64,000 nucleotides of DNA from a virus: positions 78,478 to 142,477 of the IMG/VR virus record IMGVR_UViG_3300018432_000001; one strand, given 5' to 3'. Numbering within the stretch: position 1 is the first letter of the stretch; each line of letters begins with the position of its first letter. Below, piece after piece: positions 1-9,735 of this stretch. The notes under the pieces were generated by a model. That model was given only the letters and a program-made list of their open reading frames with translations. It had not been told where the DNA came from and searched no databases. The position numbers were made by a program, and so were the translations under genes.

Positions 1-111
1 TTTGACCGGCGCACCAACCTGCGTTCGGCCGTGGCGGAACGGACTATCGCCGCCGCTGACGACTGCCTGGAACCGGCGGTCGTCTATGTCGATCCGGCGG
101 CTTCCCCATGA
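1..111 (+). CDS. 3' end of a virion structural protein upstream of the major tail protein (partial)
   Basis: Frame 1 reads FDRRTNLRSAVAERTIAAADDCLEPAVVYVDPAASP*; a DRxTN..AER..DC C-terminus resembles actinophage head-region proteins. Confidence 0.5.
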   Translation, partial: FDRRTNLRSAVAERTIAAADDCLEPAVVYVDPAASP

Positions 112-174
112 CCATCGATGTCCGATTTATCCATGTAAGCACCGCTTTGACGGTGTTCAGCGGGGAGGGCCGAC

Positions 175-1704
175 ATGGCTGAGACTTCTACCGTCCGAGG
201 CCGGATGGCCCGGTTCACGCGCCTGGACGACATGGGTCGTCCGCTGTACGGACCGGGCAACCAGGCCGTCACCAAGGGCATCATTTCGGTCACCTACACC
301 CCGAACGTCACCGAAGGCGAAGCCACCTCGGTCACGAACTTCGCGGGCGAACAGTGCATCTCGGCCCCCGCGCCGTGCGCGACCATCGACAACTGGACCG
401 TCGGCGTCGAATTCTGCGCCGTCGACCCTTGTGTCGTCCTGATGATCTACCCGTCCTGGATTCCGATTTATGACGATTTCGGGTCGATCAAGGGTTTCCA
501 GATCGTCGGCGGCCTGTCGTGCGACGTCGGTTTCGCCCTGGAGATCTGGGGCCAGATCGGATCGGCAGGGTCGGCCATCCAGTGCGGACCGGGCGCCGTC
601 TCGGGCTCCACGTACTGGCTCGCGCCGCGCCTCGTGGGCGCCGCTCCCGGCGAAATCACGATCAGTAACGAAGCGACTTCATTCACGTTCAACGGGACCA
701 CCACGAGCCCCGTGGGTTGGCGCCGTGGCCCGTACCTGGTCGACATCGTCAACGGCGTGCCCTCGGTCCTGCGCGACCCGGTCGACTCGGCCGCGCAGCT
801 CGTGGAGTTCACCACGCAGGTGCGTCCGCCCGAGCCCACCAACGGCTGCGTGGAGCTGCCGCGACCGGTCCCGGAGGAAGCGAGCGTCATCATCGACCGC
901 GTTCCCACCGACGACACCGGCATGTGCGCGCGCTTGATCATCGACAACCATGGATTTGGCCCGGTGACGGTGAACTGGGGCGACGGTTCGGACCCCGAGA
1001 CCAGCGGCGACTGCTCGACCATCACCCACTGCTACGCCACGCCGGGCACCTACACGGTGTGCGTCGCCGACCAGCAGACTCCGGCAATCTCGACCTGCCG
1101 CGACATCGTCGTGCCGATGCCTGCCGACCAGCCGACCATGACGCTGGCCGTCGACCCGACCGACGACATGTGTGTCATCGCCACCATCGACATGCCGCCG
1201 CAGTCCGATGGACGCGTCGAAGTCACCTGGGGCGACGACACTGCCGCGTCCACGGTCGAAATCACGCCGGGCACGCCAGTGGAAGTGCGCCACTGCTACG
1301 CCACGCCGGGCGTCTACACCGTCCGTGCCGTGCGCGTGGAGCAGCCGGACTACTACACCACCGCAACCGTCGTGGTGCCGGTCATCGCCAACCCCATGGT
1401 GTCGGCCGCCGTCGACGGCCAGGTGGTCACGCTGACCGTTGACAACAACGGCAACGGGCTGACCACTGTGGAGTGGGGCGACGGCACCACGACCTCCGGT
1501 CCGAACACGGACGGAGGCAACGTCCAGCACACCTACGCCGCCGACGGCACCTACTCGATCACGGTCACTTCGGTGTCCAACCCACTCTCGACCACCACGG
1601 TGCAGGTCACCATCGGTGCCGCTCCAGGCCTCCAGGCCGGAGTCGATGCCGATGAAGGCGATGTGTCGGGCATGACGGTCGAAGTCACCTGGAACAACGC
1701 CTAG
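175..1704 (+). CDS. Major tail (tube) protein with three C-terminal PKD/Ig-like domains plus a terminal half-domain
   Basis: N-terminus VRGRMARFTRLDDMG resembles Streptomyces-phage tail tube proteins; three WGD..H.Y..PG.Y repeats; GGGGAGG RBS. Confidence 0.8.
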   Translation: MAETSTVRGRMARFTRLDDMGRPLYGPGNQAVTKGIISVTYTPNVTEGEATSVTNFAGEQCISAPAPCATIDNWTVGVEFCAVDPCVVLMIYPSWIPIYDDFGSIKGFQIVGGLSCDVGFALEIWGQIGSAGSAIQCGPGAVSGSTYWLAPRLVGAAPGEITISNEATSFTFNGTTTSPVGWRRGPYLVDIVNGVPSVLRDPVDSAAQLVEFTTQVRPPEPTNGCVELPRPVPEEASVIIDRVPTDDTGMCARLIIDNHGFGPVTVNWGDGSDPETSGDCSTITHCYATPGTYTVCVADQQTPAISTCRDIVVPMPADQPTMTLAVDPTDDMCVIATIDMPPQSDGRVEVTWGDDTAASTVEITPGTPVEVRHCYATPGVYTVRAVRVEQPDYYTTATVVVPVIANPMVSAAVDGQVVTLTVDNNGNGLTTVEWGDGTTTSGPNTDGGNVQHTYAADGTYSITVTSVSNPLSTTTVQVTIGAAPGLQAGVDADEGDVSGMTVEVTWNNA

Positions 1705-1714
1705 GAGGGCTGCC

Positions 1715-3016
1715 ATGACCGTCACCATTCAATGGGACGCCGATGCTCCATTGACGGCCCAGCCCGACGCGGGCACCGCAACGAAGGTGTACACGACTGC
1801 AGGGCCCGGAACCGTGACCATCACCGACGAGGCCATCGGCGGTGACAGCGTCACGCTGGACTACACCGTGCCGCTGGAAATGACCACAGTGGTGCCGACT
1901 CCGAACACGGCCGATTCGGCCGGGACCGCCGAAGAGCGCACCATCTCGGTCGCTGGCGAGGGCTTCCCGGCCAGCATGGCGGGCACCGTGGCCATCGCCA
2001 CGGGCGTGCCCGGCGCGTTCGGGACCACGCTGGTGTCGACCTCGGCCACCACCAACACCGCCGGGATCTTCACCGACGTCGACGTGGTGGTGCCAAGCGA
2101 TGCTGCCGCCGGTGACTACCACCTGGAAGTCAGCTTCGGGGCCATCGTGGACCTGTCGGCTGCGATCACGCTCACCAACACCGAGCTCGCTGCGCCGACG
2201 TCGCTCGCGTCGCCGTCGCAGACCTCGACCACGGTCACCCTGACCTGGGCGGCAGTGACCGACGCCGAAACGTATGTGGTCCGTTCCTCGCCTGCAGGCG
2301 CTGGTACTTGGGTCGAGCGTGCCCCGGTGGCGGTTCTGACCGACACGGTCTCGGCGCTCACCGCGTTGACGAGCTACGACTTCCAGGTCAAGGCGCAGGC
2401 CACGGGCTCGACCGATTCGCCGTGGTCGACCACGCTCACGCAGTCCACGACCGCGCAGCCGGTGCTGGACGCACCGGCGAACCCATCGGCGGGCACGCCG
2501 ACGACCACGACCATCCCGTTCTCCTGGGATGCGGTCACCGACGCCGAAACGTACACCGTCGAATGGCGGATCAGCCCGGCCGGAGCCTGGACCGCAATCG
2601 ACAGCATCGCCACCACCAACACCACGGTCAGCGGCCTGGACCCGAATACGACGTACGACCTGCGGGTCAAGGCCGTCGCTGATGGATTCACGGACTCTCC
2701 GTTCTCTGCAGTCGTCACCGAGTCCACCGATTCGCTGGGCACGTTGGCCGCTCCGACCGGTATCGCCAGCCCGTCGCAGACGGCCACGACGATCGACCTC
2801 ACGTGGGACGCGGTTCCCAATGCCACCAGCTACGGCATCGAACGGTCGCCTGCGGGGGCCGGGACGTGGGTCGAAGTGCAGACCGCTGGGACGAACGCTG
2901 CGACGGTGACCGGCATGGTCGCCAGCACTTCATATGACTTCCGGATTTCGGCTCGCGCCGCCGGATGGGTCGACTCGGACTGGTCGGCCACGTTCACCCA
3001 AGCCACCACCGCTTAA
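1715..3016 (+). CDS. Virion decoration protein: N-terminal half-PKD, an Ig-like domain and three FN3 domains
   Basis: AGGAGG RBS; three P..L......T.....W..V..A..Y.V...W.....L...T.YD..V.A repeats. Confidence 0.85.
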   Translation: MTVTIQWDADAPLTAQPDAGTATKVYTTAGPGTVTITDEAIGGDSVTLDYTVPLEMTTVVPTPNTADSAGTAEERTISVAGEGFPASMAGTVAIATGVPGAFGTTLVSTSATTNTAGIFTDVDVVVPSDAAAGDYHLEVSFGAIVDLSAAITLTNTELAAPTSLASPSQTSTTVTLTWAAVTDAETYVVRSSPAGAGTWVERAPVAVLTDTVSALTALTSYDFQVKAQATGSTDSPWSTTLTQSTTAQPVLDAPANPSAGTPTTTTIPFSWDAVTDAETYTVEWRISPAGAWTAIDSIATTNTTVSGLDPNTTYDLRVKAVADGFTDSPFSAVVTESTDSLGTLAAPTGIASPSQTATTIDLTWDAVPNATSYGIERSPAGAGTWVEVQTAGTNAATVTGMVASTSYDFRISARAAGWVDSDWSATFTQATTA

Positions 3017-3034
3017 GCAGAGAGGAGAGCCGCT

Positions 3035-5260
3035 GTGCCTATCGTGTTGCAGCCTGTCGACCAGCTCGCGCACAACGAGCTGGCGCAGCGGCTCGCCTGC
3101 TGGGCCAAAGCCGAAGACGGCTTCACCGACAATGCCCTGATCTACCAGTCCTGCTGTGTCTCCCCCACCGGGCAGACGCTGGGCCGGTGGGTCGTTGACG
3201 AAGCGCTGTGCGCCGAGTACGGGCCGTTCGACTTCACCGCCAACGAAGGCGACGTTATTGTCTGCCCGACGCCGGGTTCGGCCGAGTACACCAACTACTA
3301 CATCTACGACGACGACGTCCACGCTATCGACCCGAACACCTGCATCGAGCAGCTGCTCGCGGCGCCGACAGGCCTGAACTCGCCCACGCAGGGACCCACC
3401 ACCGTGGACCTGGCGTGGGACGCCGTCCCTGACGCTCAGCGGTACGTCGTCCGCTGGTCTTTGGCTGGTCAGGACGACTGGACGGAGCTGGCGCCCACGT
3501 TCCTGCTGACCGCCGAGGTCACGGGCCTGACCGACGAAACGAGCTACGACTTCCAGGTGCAGGCGATCGCCGTGGGCTTCGTCGACTCGCCGTGGTCGGC
3601 CACGCTCACGCAGGCCACCACCTCGCTGGGGACGCTCGCAGCGCCTACGGGGCTCGCGACCCCATCGGCCACCGGTACCACCATCGACGTCACCTGGAAC
3701 GCCGTCGACAACGCCACCGGGTACACCGTGGAATGGTCGCCCACCGGCGCTGGAACGTGGACTCCGGCGACCACGGCCACGAACTCGTACACGATCACCG
3801 GTCTGACCTTGGACACGTCCTACGACATCCGCGTCAAGGCGACCGCACCGGGCTGGACCGACTCGCCGTATTCGGCCCAGATCATCGGCTCTACCGAGGC
3901 GCAGCTCGCCACTCCGGCGGGGCTCGCGTCGCCCTCGCAGACCGGCCTGACCGTGAACCTCACGTGGTCGGCGGTCACCGACGCCAACGAGTACGTCGTG
4001 CGCTGGTCTCCGGCCGGTGCGGGCACCTGGACTGAACTGGCGCCAGTAGGCATCACTAGCGCGACGGTGTCCGGTTTGACCGCCTCTACCAGTTACGACT
4101 TCCAGGTCAAGGCCCAGGCCGAGGACTTCGTCGACTCCGCGTGGAGCACCACGCTGACCCAGTCCACGGCGGCTGTCCTGGCGACGCCGGTACTGACGAG
4201 CCCATCGCAGACGGACACCACGGTCGCTTTGACCTGGGGTGCAGTGCCGAATGCGACGTCGTACACCGTGCAGTGGTCGCTGGCGCCGTCCGGTTCCTGG
4301 AACGCCATGCCGGACGTGTCGGGTACCGGGCAGACCGTCACGGGCCTGACCGCTGCCACGTCCTACCGGTTCCGGGTGCTGGCGCACGCTGCCGGTTGGA
4401 CCGACTCCGCGTGGTCGGCCGAGCTGACTCAGGCGACCGATGCCGCCCTGGCAGCGCCGACCGGGGTGAACAGCCCATCGCAGACCGCCTCGACGATTGA
4501 CGTCGCATGGACTGCCGTGGCGGGCGCGGACGGGTACACCGTCGAATGGTCCCCGGCGGGTGCGGGCACGTGGACGCCTGCGACGAACGCGGACACCACA
4601 TACACGATCATCGGGCTCGCGGCCGACACCGCCTACGACATCCGCATCAAGGCCACCGCGACCGGGTTTGCCGACTCGGCGTACTCGACGGTGCTCACGC
4701 AGTCGACGCTGGAAGTGCAGCTCGCTGCACCGACCGGGTTCGCGAGCCCCTCGCAGACCGACACGAGCATCAACACGTCCTGGGACGCCGTTGACGACGC
4801 CGAGTCCTACGTCGTGGAGTGGTCCCCGGCGGGTGCAGGCACGTGGACCCCGGTCCCCGCTGCCACGACTACCCAGGAGATCACGGGTCTCTCAGCCGCC
4901 ACCAACTACGACCTTCGGGTCAAGGCGATCGCAGACGACCACATCGACTCGACCTACGCAACGCTCACGCAGGAAACGCATGGGCCGCTGCTCGCGCCGA
5001 CCGGTCTCGCCAGTCCCTCCCAGACGTCGACCACGGTCGACCTCACCTGGAACGCGGCCATCAACGCCGATTTCTACGTCGTGCGCTGGTCGCCTGCGGG
5101 GGCCGGGACCTGGACTGAGGAACCGCAGGTGTCGGGGACCTCGGACACCGTCTCGGGGTTGACGGCCTCGACTTCATATGACTTCCAAGTCAAAACCATT
5201 GCGGACGGTTTCGCCGACTCTGGCTGGTCCGGCTCGCTTACCCAGTCAACTACCGCCTAG
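3035..5260 (+). CDS. Protein with seven FN3 repeats and a Cys-containing N-terminal domain
   Basis: Seven ~90-aa FN3 repeats; N-terminal ~105 aa shared with 5274..6161. Confidence 0.85.
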   Translation: MPIVLQPVDQLAHNELAQRLACWAKAEDGFTDNALIYQSCCVSPTGQTLGRWVVDEALCAEYGPFDFTANEGDVIVCPTPGSAEYTNYYIYDDDVHAIDPNTCIEQLLAAPTGLNSPTQGPTTVDLAWDAVPDAQRYVVRWSLAGQDDWTELAPTFLLTAEVTGLTDETSYDFQVQAIAVGFVDSPWSATLTQATTSLGTLAAPTGLATPSATGTTIDVTWNAVDNATGYTVEWSPTGAGTWTPATTATNSYTITGLTLDTSYDIRVKATAPGWTDSPYSAQIIGSTEAQLATPAGLASPSQTGLTVNLTWSAVTDANEYVVRWSPAGAGTWTELAPVGITSATVSGLTASTSYDFQVKAQAEDFVDSAWSTTLTQSTAAVLATPVLTSPSQTDTTVALTWGAVPNATSYTVQWSLAPSGSWNAMPDVSGTGQTVTGLTAATSYRFRVLAHAAGWTDSAWSAELTQATDAALAAPTGVNSPSQTASTIDVAWTAVAGADGYTVEWSPAGAGTWTPATNADTTYTIIGLAADTAYDIRIKATATGFADSAYSTVLTQSTLEVQLAAPTGFASPSQTDTSINTSWDAVDDAESYVVEWSPAGAGTWTPVPAATTTQEITGLSAATNYDLRVKAIADDHIDSTYATLTQETHGPLLAPTGLASPSQTSTTVDLTWNAAINADFYVVRWSPAGAGTWTEEPQVSGTSDTVSGLTASTSYDFQVKTIADGFADSGWSGSLTQSTTA

Positions 5261-5273
5261 TTAGGAGATAGCC

Positions 5274-6161
5274 ATGCCTATCGTGCTCCAGCCGATCGAT
5301 CAGATCGCTAAAAAGGAGTTGGCTCAGCAGCTGGCCTGCTGGGCGCGGGCCGCCAACGGCCTGACCGACGTCGCCGTCCAGTACGGTACCTGCTGCGTCT
5401 CGCCGACCGGCGAGACGTTGGGGCGTTGGACGATCCCCAACGACCTCTGCACCACGTACGGTGAGCTTCCGTTCACCGGAAATAACGGGGAGACGATCGT
5501 CTGCCCGCCCGTCGGGTCGGCCGAGTACGTCTCGTACTACATCTACGACGAAGACGTCGACCCGATCGACGTGGACACCTGCACGCCGCTGGTGGCGCTC
5601 GATGCGCCGACTGCGCTCGCGGCCGGGACCCCGACCGACACCACCATCCCGCTGACCTGGGTCGCCTCGGCGAACGCCAACGGATACACGGTGTCGTACT
5701 CCTCGGACTCGGGCACGACCTGGCTGGAGGTACAGGCCACCGGCAGCCCGTTCACGCTGACGGGGCTGACGCCGGAGACGACGTACACCATCCGCATCCG
5801 CGCGACCGACTCGACGAATACGTTCGCGAAGTCGCCGTGGACGAGCACGGTCACCGCCACCACGGAGTCTTCGCTGCCTGAGCTGGACGTCCCAGAGAAC
5901 CTGGCGACCGGTACTCCAGCGGCGACCGAGATGCCGCTGACCTGGGATGCGGTCACGAACGCCGTGTCGTACCACGTCCAGTACAAGACGACGGCATCGT
6001 CGACGTGGCTGGACTTCGCGACCGAGCCGGTCACGCCGTCGACCACGGTCACGGGCCTGGTGACCGCAACCAGCTACGACTTCCGGGTGCGCGCCAACGC
6101 CGACGACATCTCGTTCTCGGACTCGGACTACAGCGCGCCGGTCACCGAGACCACCGCGTAA
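5274..6161 (+). CDS. Protein with two FN3 repeats, paralog of 3035..5260
   Basis: MPIVLQPIDQ..LACW..CCVSPTG N-terminus; two FN3 repeats; AGGAG RBS. Confidence 0.85.
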   Translation: MPIVLQPIDQIAKKELAQQLACWARAANGLTDVAVQYGTCCVSPTGETLGRWTIPNDLCTTYGELPFTGNNGETIVCPPVGSAEYVSYYIYDEDVDPIDVDTCTPLVALDAPTALAAGTPTDTTIPLTWVASANANGYTVSYSSDSGTTWLEVQATGSPFTLTGLTPETTYTIRIRATDSTNTFAKSPWTSTVTATTESSLPELDVPENLATGTPAATEMPLTWDAVTNAVSYHVQYKTTASSTWLDFATEPVTPSTTVTGLVTATSYDFRVRANADDISFSDSDYSAPVTETTA

Positions 6162-6167
6162 GCGACA

Positions 6168-6212
6168 TGGAGGTGCCCGGCTCTCCTCGAAAGAGAGAGC
6201 CGGGCACCTCCA
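6168..6212 (+). terminator. Long hairpin, probable terminator
   Basis: TGGAGGTGCCCGGCTCTC / GAGAGCCGGGCACCTCCA 18-bp stem just after a stop codon. Confidence 0.7.
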
Positions 6213-6244
6213 GTTCCAACTTATCGTCCCTTTTGGAGGGGTAT

Positions 6245-6997
6245 ATGCCGAGTATCAAGTGGTACCCGGACCGTACGGTACCGCGCAAGGGCAAGGCCCG
6301 CGTCATCGATGTGCCGCAGGCGTACACGCTGTCCTTCGGGGATGGCAACACGATCGCGAAGGACGCCGACGACGTCTACCCGTACACCTATGCGGCGGCA
6401 GGCCCGTACGCGTTGAACGTGACGCTGGTCGGCGAGACCGAACCGGCGGCGTCGCTGCTGCTGAACGTGCTGGACGCAACGGTCCCGAACGTGACTATCT
6501 CGGCTCCGGCCAACACGCAGAAGATCCGGGTGGCGTTCAACGACCCCGAGATGCCCGTCGTGGGCCGCTACACGGTGGACTGGACGTCGACGGAGAGCGA
6601 AGATGTGCTCGCCGAGCCGGACAAGTACGTGGAGCGGCTCTTCGCGCCGGGCACGTATCCGATCCGGGTCACCGACCACTGGTCGGGACTGTCGGTGGTG
6701 CAAGACGTGGTGGTGGCGGCGGTGGCTGACGATCCGGGTTTTAGCCTCGCCGAGGACACGTCCGATGTCTCGCGGATGACAGCAGAGCTCGAAGTGCTCG
6801 CGGTTCCCTCGGCAGAACCCGAAGAGACTCTCACCGTCGACTGGGGCGATGGCCAAACCGAGACGCTCGCCGCCATCGTGGGCACAACGGCCTCACATGC
6901 TTACGCCTATGACGATGAGTACATGGTGGAGCTCGCGTACACCGCTGAGCCCGCGAAGAACACCACGCAGTTCGTGTGGCTGCCGTTCACGGATTAG
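6245..6997 (+). CDS. PKD-domain virion protein (about three PKD units)
   Basis: Start MPSIKWYP after GGAGGGG; FGDG..YTY..AGPY and VDWGDG..HAY motifs. Confidence 0.75.
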   Translation: MPSIKWYPDRTVPRKGKARVIDVPQAYTLSFGDGNTIAKDADDVYPYTYAAAGPYALNVTLVGETEPAASLLLNVLDATVPNVTISAPANTQKIRVAFNDPEMPVVGRYTVDWTSTESEDVLAEPDKYVERLFAPGTYPIRVTDHWSGLSVVQDVVVAAVADDPGFSLAEDTSDVSRMTAELEVLAVPSAEPEETLTVDWGDGQTETLAAIVGTTASHAYAYDDEYMVELAYTAEPAKNTTQFVWLPFTD

Positions 6998-7011
6998 TCC
7001 CGGAAGCAAGG

Positions 7012-7046
7012 AGCGGCCCTGACGTTGCGCACGTCAGGGCCGCTTT
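7012..7046. terminator. Hairpin terminator between the convergent PKD gene and tRNA-Met
   Basis: AGCGGCCCTGACGT / ACGTCAGGGCCGCT 14-bp stem. Confidence 0.7.
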
Positions 7047-7047
7047 G

Positions 7048-7121
7048 TCGCGGGGAGCGGATTTGAACCGCCGACCTTCAGGTTATGAGCCTGTTGAGCT
7101 ACCGAACTGCTCCACCCCGCT
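7048..7121 (-). tRNA. tRNA-Met(CAT), initiator-like
   Basis: AGCGGGG-TG-GAGC..GCTC, loop CTCATAA, T loop TTCAAAT; 1:72 mismatch and A11-U24; CCA not encoded. Confidence 0.9.
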
Positions 7122-7315
7122 GCGCGTCTCTGAGTGTAGCTGGTGTGCGGTGACGTCCTTTTCGAGTTGGTCCATGAGGGCGACCGACGAGGTCGTGCCC
7201 ACGTACAGGCACGCCATCCGAGAATTCGGCAAAGAGTATACACAACACCCTCATGTCCGTTTTGTCGTCTATAGTATGAATGACGTGGGTTTTTATTGCT
7301 AAGGAGGTCAGGCTG

Positions 7316-8884
7316 ATGGCGATCGCCCAGTACTCCGACCTGTTCTGGTATCCCTCAGGCACGCTGGCCACCGGCATCCAGGTACGCATCTTCGAACTCA
7401 ACGACAACGTGTTCGCCCCGCTCTTCTCCGACCCCGCCGGAACCATTCCCCTTGCCAACCCGATGACCACCAGCGCCACCGGCACCATCTCGTTCTACGC
7501 CGAGCAGGGCGAGTACTGGATGCACGCCGACTCCGAGAGTTTCCGGATCGGCGTCGGCCTGTCCCCGGTGACCCCGGAGACGATCGCCGCCATCGAAGCG
7601 GACGTGGCTGCGCTGCAAACCGACATGACAGCGGTCGAAGGCGACGTCACGGGCCTGCAAACCGCCGTAGCTACTGCGCAGGGCGACATCACGGCACTTC
7701 AGGGTGATGTAACGGCAGCGCAAGGGGACATTACTGCCTTGGAAGGGAACGTCGGAACCCTCCAGACCGACATGACCACCGCGCAGGGCGACATCACCGC
7801 GCTGCAGACCGGTTTGGGCACCGCGCAGGGCGACATCACCGCGCTGGAAGGCGACATGGCTACCGCGCAGGGCGACATCACCGCGCTGGAAGGCGACATG
7901 GCTACCGCGCAGGGAGACATCACCGCGCTGGAAGCGGCCATCGAGGTCACGGAAAAGGCGGCAGCATCCACACTGTCGACAGGCGTCTCTGCCGGTGGTG
8001 AGTTGAACGTCAACGGTGTGAGTTCTTCGGCGATTGATATCGCTCCGCTGGTCGGGTACATCACGTCGTTCGACATCGATCCGTTCAATCCTGCCATCAC
8101 CCGCATCGAATACCCCGGCGGGACTGTGGAGATGGACGCGGGCGCGCTCTCGCGGACCGCAACGGCGTGGTTGATGGACGTCAACCAGGTGATTACGCAG
8201 CAGGCGACGCCGCCCACGAATTCGCAGCGTCGCACCCACATCTTCTTGGGTATCACCGCGCAAGTCGGCGGCGTCATCATCGTCGACCAGACGTTGCAGA
8301 CCATTCTGCAACAACCCGCCAACCAACTGTCCGACCTGCTGAACTCGCTCGGCGCGTTCAACATCTCGGGGAACATCATCTCTGCCAACGGCGCGAACCT
8401 CATGATCAACCAAACGGCTGGAACGATGTTCGCCCAGTCGTTCAACCACTTCATGGGCCCCGTGCAGACCAACGACCCGCATGTGAACACGACGATGGCG
8501 CAGACCCCGGCGAACTTCCGGTACGCCACCCGCGACCCGAACACGCCGTTCGGGCTGCTTCGCAACACCATCGACGTCGCGAACTACGACAACGCAGGCG
8601 TCATCACGCCGATCGGCGGCGGCGCGAACTCCGCGACGATTCACCGCGTGTACCTGTTCGCGAACAACACCGCGAACGAGCAGATCGCCATCCAGTACGG
8701 GCAGAGCGTCTATGCGTCGCTGTCCGCAGCCGTCAACGCCATCGGTTCGGGCACGTTCGTGCAGAACCCGCTCATGAACGCCGCTGCCCTGCTGGGGCAC
8801 ATCTGCGTCATCCGGACCGCAACCAGCCTCGCCGACCCCGCGCAAGCCATCTTCGAAACCGCCGGAAAGTTCGACACCCCGTAA
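7316..8884 (+). CDS. Fibre-like virion protein with a coiled-coil shaft
   Basis: AAGGAGG RBS; 14-aa repeats QGDITALEGDMATA; globular N- and C-terminal regions. Confidence 0.7.
   Translation: MAIAQYSDLFWYPSGTLATGIQVRIFELNDNVFAPLFSDPAGTIPLANPMTTSATGTISFYAEQGEYWMHADSESFRIGVGLSPVTPETIAAIEADVAALQTDMTAVEGDVTGLQTAVATAQGDITALQGDVTAAQGDITALEGNVGTLQTDMTTAQGDITALQTGLGTAQGDITALEGDMATAQGDITALEGDMATAQGDITALEAAIEVTEKAAASTLSTGVSAGGELNVNGVSSSAIDIAPLVGYITSFDIDPFNPAITRIEYPGGTVEMDAGALSRTATAWLMDVNQVITQQATPPTNSQRRTHIFLGITAQVGGVIIVDQTLQTILQQPANQLSDLLNSLGAFNISGNIISANGANLMINQTAGTMFAQSFNHFMGPVQTNDPHVNTTMAQTPANFRYATRDPNTPFGLLRNTIDVANYDNAGVITPIGGGANSATIHRVYLFANNTANEQIAIQYGQSVYASLSAAVNAIGSGTFVQNPLMNAAALLGHICVIRTATSLADPAQAIFETAGKFDTP
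7600..7935 (+). repeat. 42-bp tandem coding repeats (two heptads each)
   Basis: ACCGCGCAGGG(C/A)GACATCACCGCGCTG recurs at ~7778, 7820, 7862 and 7904, with degenerate copies upstream. Confidence 0.85.
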
Positions 8885-8895
8885 GGAGATAGGTC

Positions 8896-9735
8896 ATGCC
8901 GGTCATCAACGTCGCGCCGACCGTCGCGGACGGTGAGGGAAACGCGCTGTACCCGTGCGAGCCGTGGCCGATCAACCCTGTGTGCTGCCCAGGGTGGCCT
9001 GCCGACCCGGCCGAGTGGGACCCCGCGCATTATGACGCTCAGTGGCTGGCCACGGTCGAGCTCTGGCGCGCGGTCGCCGGAGTCATCGGGCTGTGCCGGA
9101 CCACTGAGCTGCCGTGTCTGGACCAGTGCGTGGCGCGCCCGCTGGAGGCGTACTGGATGCGTCCCTACCGGGACGTCAACGGCGCCTGGTTCAACTCCAA
9201 GTGCGGATGCCGCGATACGTGCTCGTGCTCGCAGCTGTGCACGGTAACCCTCCAGGGGCCGGTGTACTCGATTGAGTCGGTCACCGTCGACGGCGTCGCC
9301 CTGGAGAGCGATGAGTGGAAGCTGCTCACCAACAACCGGCTCGCCCGCTGCGGCGGATGCTGGCCCGCCTGCCAGGACTACTGCACCGAGGACGGTCTCG
9401 TCGTCACCTACCTGCGCGGCATTCCGCCAGGCCTGGACGCCATCCGCGCCGTCAGCATCCTCGCCTGCCGCCGACTCCAAGAATGCCCACCAAGTGGCGG
9501 CGACTGCGGCACACTGCCCTCCGGCGTCACCAGCATCAACCGTGAAGGGCTGAACATGCAGCTGGACTCGACCATCGGGGCCGGGGAAGACGGCGTCATC
9601 CACTTCACCGGCATCGCCCGGGTTGATCGATGGATCGCTTCGATCAACCCCTACGGCGTCACCTCGAACCCATCCGTGTGGTCGCCCGACGTCGACACCT
9701 CGCAGGTCTGGCGCACCGGCACGGTGACGCCATGA
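8896..9735 (+). CDS. Cys-rich head-to-tail adaptor-like protein
   Basis: LP..VTSINREG and TGIARVDRWIASINP motifs typical of actinophage adaptors; position in the module. Confidence 0.65.
   Translation: MPVINVAPTVADGEGNALYPCEPWPINPVCCPGWPADPAEWDPAHYDAQWLATVELWRAVAGVIGLCRTTELPCLDQCVARPLEAYWMRPYRDVNGAWFNSKCGCRDTCSCSQLCTVTLQGPVYSIESVTVDGVALESDEWKLLTNNRLARCGGCWPACQDYCTEDGLVVTYLRGIPPGLDAIRAVSILACRRLQECPPSGGDCGTLPSGVTSINREGLNMQLDSTIGAGEDGVIHFTGIARVDRWIASINPYGVTSNPSVWSPDVDTSQVWRTGTVTP

Noticed and set aside
1715-6161. Diversity-generating retroelement acting on the Ig-like repeats
   Set aside because: No reverse transcriptase and no adenine-specific template/variable repeat pair seen
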